NCBI GenBank assembly: GCA_002687935.1
Contig: NZBN01000008.1
Coordinates: 1 to 48,036, forward strand
Direction: 5' to 3'
DNA: 48,036 nt
From: Methanobacteriota archaeon
GTDB taxonomy: Archaea; Undinarchaeota; Undinarchaeia; Undinarchaeales; Undinarchaeaceae
The notes under the pieces were generated by a model, which ran no database searches, was not told where the DNA came from, and worked only from the letters and a program-made list of their open reading frames with translations. Position numbers and translations under genes: made by a program. This document shows positions 44,289 through 48,036 of this stretch, in pieces (position 1 is the first letter of the stretch; the number at the start of each line of letters is the position of its first letter).

Positions 44289-45179
44289 TTAGTCCGATTT
44301 TAGGACCATCAGACTTTCAATAGGAGAGAGGAGTTTGTAGTGGTACTCTGCTGTTACCTGAACCTGACAGGATGTTGAAACGCTATCATCCGCAATATTA
44401 TATGTAGCCTCAAAACTCTTTCTTCCTTCTTTACCCTGTATGAGTTTTACACCACTTACATTCTGTGTAAAATCTGTGCAACCAGGACCAAGACCTCGTA
44501 CGGTGATGTCGTCAATACATCCAAAGGCCTCTGTGCAGTCTCCTTTTTTGTTGCTAGAACTTATTGTATCAAGACTTTCAACCTTTCCTGTGCCTTCATT
44601 GACAAATATTACTGTGAAACGGACTGGAATATCACCTGTTCCTCTGACCTGAACAGGTTGATTTGCTACTATATCTATGAAAATGGGAGAATGGCTACTA
44701 CTGGATGCATCTGGATATGCTGAAGTGCCGATTTCTCTTAAAACATCACGAGGAACAAAGTGAACAGTAGATACTCCACTTGATTCATAATCATAGGAAA
44801 TTTCTGCCTGAACTTCCTCCAATCTGTTCTGAAGCACATTTGGTGCCTGGAGCTCCCAGAAAAAGGCATCGCTGGCATATGTATCGCCGAGAGGTATTCC
44901 GAGATCAGAGCCATCTATCTCTGTGGCGGTAGTGTTTGTAAATGAACCTGATCTGATGAGCTTAGCCTTTACGTTAGATGCTGTGAAATCACCTCTGTTT
45001 TCGGCGACAAGTGTAATGCTGGCGGACTCTCCGGAATAGACATCACCAAAATCAGACTGGAAACTTCTCACAGCTATGCCATCGCCTGAAGGAGGGGCTT
45101 CTGTGTCCTTTCCGGCACAAGCAGATATAGAAACTACTAAGAGAAGTAATATTAAAAATAAAACTCTGGGGTGTTTCAT
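44289..45179 (-). CDS. Array member E: putative lipoprotein
   Basis: Lipobox ISAC; ENRGDFTA, YDYES, SHSPIFI, VNEGTG, EYHY. Confidence 0.75.
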   Translation of the reverse strand: MKHPRVLFLILLLLVVSISACAGKDTEAPPSGDGIAVRSFQSDFGDVYSGESASITLVAENRGDFTASNVKAKLIRSGSFTNTTATEIDGSDLGIPLGDTYASDAFFWELQAPNVLQNRLEEVQAEISYDYESSGVSTVHFVPRDVLREIGTSAYPDASSSSHSPIFIDIVANQPVQVRGTGDIPVRFTVIFVNEGTGKVESLDTISSSNKKGDCTEAFGCIDDITVRGLGPGCTDFTQNVSGVKLIQGKEGRKSFEATYNIADDSVSTSCQVQVTAEYHYKLLSPIESLMVLKSD

Positions 45180-45199
45180 AGCAATTGACTATCTACTCT

Positions 45200-46555
45200 T
45201 TACTGTAGCTCGACTGAGTTGACATTTCTGTCAGTAGCTGTCTCTCCGAGATAATTTGCGGTTCCTCTGAGAGTTATGTGGTCAGATGTAGTTCCAGTTG
45301 GTGCTGTAACTATTACAGACCATACACCGTTTGAATAGCTGTTTCCACTTGCTGAAACTGGAACATTTAGCTCAGTAGAACCGTTGATAAGAGTGAAATT
45401 CAGATAACTTGCACTTGTTACATCAAAGGACGGGTTTGTATCTGTTACAAGCTCTCCTTGGTATGCTAGAGTGAATGTTATTGTTTCGCTTCCTGAGGAT
45501 GTCCAAGTTCCCTGTGAAGTGGTTGATGGGTCAGTAATCTCGAGAGCGAGTGCGCCTTCAGAAGTTCCTATGATATCGAGACTTGTGGAAACTGACTGTA
45601 CATAGGTGTAAGAAACCTCAGATTCTATTGCAAATGTATTGTAGCCATTGACCCTGTCAGAGTAGGACTGCAAATGGCACTGAACAGTTCTTGTGTATCC
45701 ACCTTCTGTAAGGCGGAGTTTGTTCTGCTTTGCTGAGCTTGAGCTTGAATCTATTAAAAGGACTTTTACACCGTCAAGGCTGTTTGAAGTCCTTAGGTCA
45801 AAGTCGCACTTGGACTCGTCAACTGTCAAACCTGAAGGAATGCTAAGCCTTATAGAGGAAACTCTGTCCCTCTCACCTGTAGCGTCGTAGACAGTTCCAC
45901 TTCCGTCGTTATATACTGTAACTCTTAGTATGAAATCATCCTCTGATCCAGACATTCTTACATATGGTGCTGGTGCTTCCATTGCAATACCTACTGGACC
46001 ATTCCTGGCTTCCTGGGTAGGTGATGCTGGAACTCTCTCCCCACGAGCCTCTAGCTCTGTAAGATGTGATGCTTCCGCGATTACGACTTTTTGTGATACT
46101 ATACTCTTTGTGTCATATCTGACAGCTGCTGTTAGTGAAATTTCTCTGTCAGGAGATGTTGCTGAAACGTATGGAGCTGTTACATCCCACTCAATGTTAC
46201 CAACTCCACCTGCAAGACCTTCATCAGTATTTGGTCTCTCAAGTGTGCCGGGGCTCAGTGAAGTGTAAGTTCCGAGTGCTGTTCCGCTGATGCCATCATA
46301 TCCCTGAAGTCTTACTTCAACATTTTCAGCATTGACAGGTCCTGTATTCTCGGCCTCAACTGAGATAAGGAATGCTTCATTGGAGTCAAACAAGTCTCTT
46401 CCTTCTGTATCTATAGAAAGTACGAGTGAATCTGCGCCTGCAGTTCCGACAGCAGCTCCGGTGTCTCCGCCTGTACAGCCGGTAATAAGAAGCGTAGCTG
46501 AAAGAACAACAAGTGTTAGAAAGAATTTGTTATATATTGTGTTCGACTTTTTCAT
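45200..46555 (-). CDS. Array member F: putative lipoprotein with an extra ~120-aa C-terminal beta domain
   Basis: Lipobox ITGC; ENTGPVNA, VRYDT, RNGPVGI, YNDGSG, SYTY, then an added S/T-rich domain. Confidence 0.75.
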   Translation of the reverse strand: MKKSNTIYNKFFLTLVVLSATLLITGCTGGDTGAAVGTAGADSLVLSIDTEGRDLFDSNEAFLISVEAENTGPVNAENVEVRLQGYDGISGTALGTYTSLSPGTLERPNTDEGLAGGVGNIEWDVTAPYVSATSPDREISLTAAVRYDTKSIVSQKVVIAEASHLTELEARGERVPASPTQEARNGPVGIAMEAPAPYVRMSGSEDDFILRVTVYNDGSGTVYDATGERDRVSSIRLSIPSGLTVDESKCDFDLRTSNSLDGVKVLLIDSSSSSAKQNKLRLTEGGYTRTVQCHLQSYSDRVNGYNTFAIESEVSYTYVQSVSTSLDIIGTSEGALALEITDPSTTSQGTWTSSGSETITFTLAYQGELVTDTNPSFDVTSASYLNFTLINGSTELNVPVSASGNSYSNGVWSVIVTAPTGTTSDHITLRGTANYLGETATDRNVNSVELQ

Positions 46556-46596
46556 ACAACATTAGAGTTGCTAATGGCTTATATACTTTATCAAAT
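46556..46596 (-). promoter_or_regulatory. Internal promoter for members F-E
   Basis: TATATAA at 46585-46579, 23 nt before ATG 46555, preceded by purine-rich GATAAAG (BRE-like). Confidence 0.5.
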
Positions 46597-48036
46597 CTAT
46601 GTCACTGTGACATATTCACCAGTTTCTGGATCGAAGTATTCGTTTATGGTTGCAGTTCCGTTGGGACTGGTATCACAATCACAGGCTGTGCTAGGTCCGC
46701 AGGCATCTGCGCAGGTTCCGTAGATAGTGATTTTTTCCGTTGCAGATTCCTGGTACAAATATTCTTTAAGGCGAACTCTGAAATCATATGTTGCAAAATC
46801 ACGACCTTCTTCAATTTGTGGTGCTATTAGGAGACAGCCGAATGGTGGGTTTTTCAATATATTAGTTCCGGACTCTATGTTAGTAAGAGAGCTTAATGTT
46901 GATTTGATCCCAGGACGGTAAGTCTGATATATAGTACCTGAAGTAGGGTCGGTGAGATTTCCATCAGAATTGTTTTCAAAACCCTCTCTGAAGTAATCAT
47001 CCAAATTATTTGCATTTATAGGATCAAAGTCACAGAATGTTGTGCCTTCCCATGCCTTTGAGAAATTTGCAGGAATGTAGATTACCATATCATCTTGCTC
47101 AATTTTCTGAACAATTCCAGCACCTTTGTTTTGAAGTTGTACAAGGAAGAGTGTAGGGGTGTTGGCTATAACTTGGTCCTCTGCAGTTCCGAAAGCCATC
47201 ATAAGAGGTCCTGCAGGAGAATAACTCTTGCTTATTTTGTTGACTATTTTCTGTTCTGAAGATGTTGATGTAACCTGAGTCTGGACATCCTGTATAACAA
47301 GAGTTCCGACTAAGTCAGTCTTTGGAAGGAAGGTGTAATTTACTGTAAGCATAATATCTGGTTGCTGGACATCTCCGACACCGAGATTTGTTCCTCCGAT
47401 TTGCATTCCATACCAGCGGATTTGTGTTATGTCTTGAGGTTTTAGAGTGCATTCAGTTTTTTCTGTTCCATCGTCAAGAGCAATTGGATAACCGTCTTCG
47501 TCGAATAACTGGCTTCTGCAGGCTCCAGTTACTACGGGCTCGACAGTACTCTCTTCTTTTTGTGTAAGTGGCGAAGAAAAGAGGCAAAGGTGTGTATTGT
47601 AGTATGACTCACCAGACAAGCCACCAACAAAAGACTGGAGTGACTTCCTAACAAGAGCAAATACATCACAATTTATTGTTTCTCCTTTAAACTCTATAAC
47701 AGTCTGAGCTCCGATATTTGAAAGTGGAAGGTGGAAGGTGGAATCTCCGACACCCTTATTCTGGAACTCTGCAACGATGCTAAAGGGCTGATAGTCATAA
47801 ACAGATGCAGGAACCATCTTGAGAGTCGTTATCTCGAAACCCTGCCATATCTCTTTTTTACTTCCGCCTTCAGTAACGCAGAATGGGTGACAGGCTTCGA
47901 AATCCATAGGGCTTGTTATGGCAACTCCGGCAACTGTTGGAGGGAGTATCTTCGCTTTGACGTAGTACCAGCTGTCTACAATACCATCCCATATATGTCC
48001 TGGAACTGCGGAAATCTGTTCAGTTGTTGCCTCGAA
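46597..48036 (-). CDS. Array member G: larger, Cys-rich paralogue, 5'-truncated by the window edge (frame open from 48036)
   Basis: Upstream of ATG 47907 the frame reads FEATTEQISAVPGHIWDGIVDSWYYVKAKILPPTVAGVAITSP with no stop; QNKGVGDS, SPAGPL, QNKGAG, EYLY. Confidence 0.72.
   Translation of the reverse strand, partial: FEATTEQISAVPGHIWDGIVDSWYYVKAKILPPTVAGVAITSPMDFEACHPFCVTEGGSKKEIWQGFEITTLKMVPASVYDYQPFSIVAEFQNKGVGDSTFHLPLSNIGAQTVIEFKGETINCDVFALVRKSLQSFVGGLSGESYYNTHLCLFSSPLTQKEESTVEPVVTGACRSQLFDEDGYPIALDDGTEKTECTLKPQDITQIRWYGMQIGGTNLGVGDVQQPDIMLTVNYTFLPKTDLVGTLVIQDVQTQVTSTSSEQKIVNKISKSYSPAGPLMMAFGTAEDQVIANTPTLFLVQLQNKGAGIVQKIEQDDMVIYIPANFSKAWEGTTFCDFDPINANNLDDYFREGFENNSDGNLTDPTSGTIYQTYRPGIKSTLSSLTNIESGTNILKNPPFGCLLIAPQIEEGRDFATYDFRVRLKEYLYQESATEKITIYGTCADACGPSTACDCDTSPNGTATINEYFDPETGEYVTVT

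Noticed and set aside
40167-48036. CRISPR array, phase-variation cassette or prophage explanation for the array
   Set aside because: No DNA-level direct or inverted repeats, recombinase, integrase or viral hallmark genes; similarity is only at the protein-motif level
1-48036. tRNA/rRNA genes, IS elements, inteins (ppsA and primase checked by eye)
   Set aside because: Intergenic gaps are short, and no T-arm (GTTCRA) cloverleaf, transposase, terminal inverted repeats or intein motifs were seen; a tRNAscan-SE/Infernal run would be decisive

Overview
Gene-dense archaeal chromosomal segment, most likely from a DPANN archaeon. The main support is a single-gene PriS-PriL fused primase. An intact exosome plus ppsA/eno/fbp suggests an Undinarchaeota- or Aenigmarchaeota-like lineage (inference). 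Positions 1-40 kb are mostly core genes in recognisable ancestral archaeal operons: ndk-L24e-S28e-L7Ae; eno-S2-rnj-gltX; psmB-aCPSF1; the L15e-RNase P-psmA-SBDS-exosome-L37ae-rpoP-pcc1-prefoldin superoperon; and dph2-rpoL-tfs-pcn...primase-GINS-L44e-aIF2a-nop10-PAC2. Several genes usually found in these operons are missing at their canonical positions (isoprenoid genes, Brix, csl4, S27e), and orphan genes are inserted. Two small real genes missing from the ORF track were found (rpoP 10462-10602, nop10 39219-39389). Two ribosomal-protein leaders (L7Ae, L15e) fold into kink-turns that overlap or sequester the Shine-Dalgarno sequence. The strongest candidate for an undescribed system is the last 7.9 kb: at least seven tandem, highly diverged paralogues encoding exported proteins with a shared two-beta-sandwich scaffold. 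Six have Sec-type lipobox signals and several carry individual accessory modules. The array is cut by the right edge of the window. No tRNA, rRNA, CRISPR array, intein or IS element was seen. All family assignments come from motif recognition by eye; no database searches were run.
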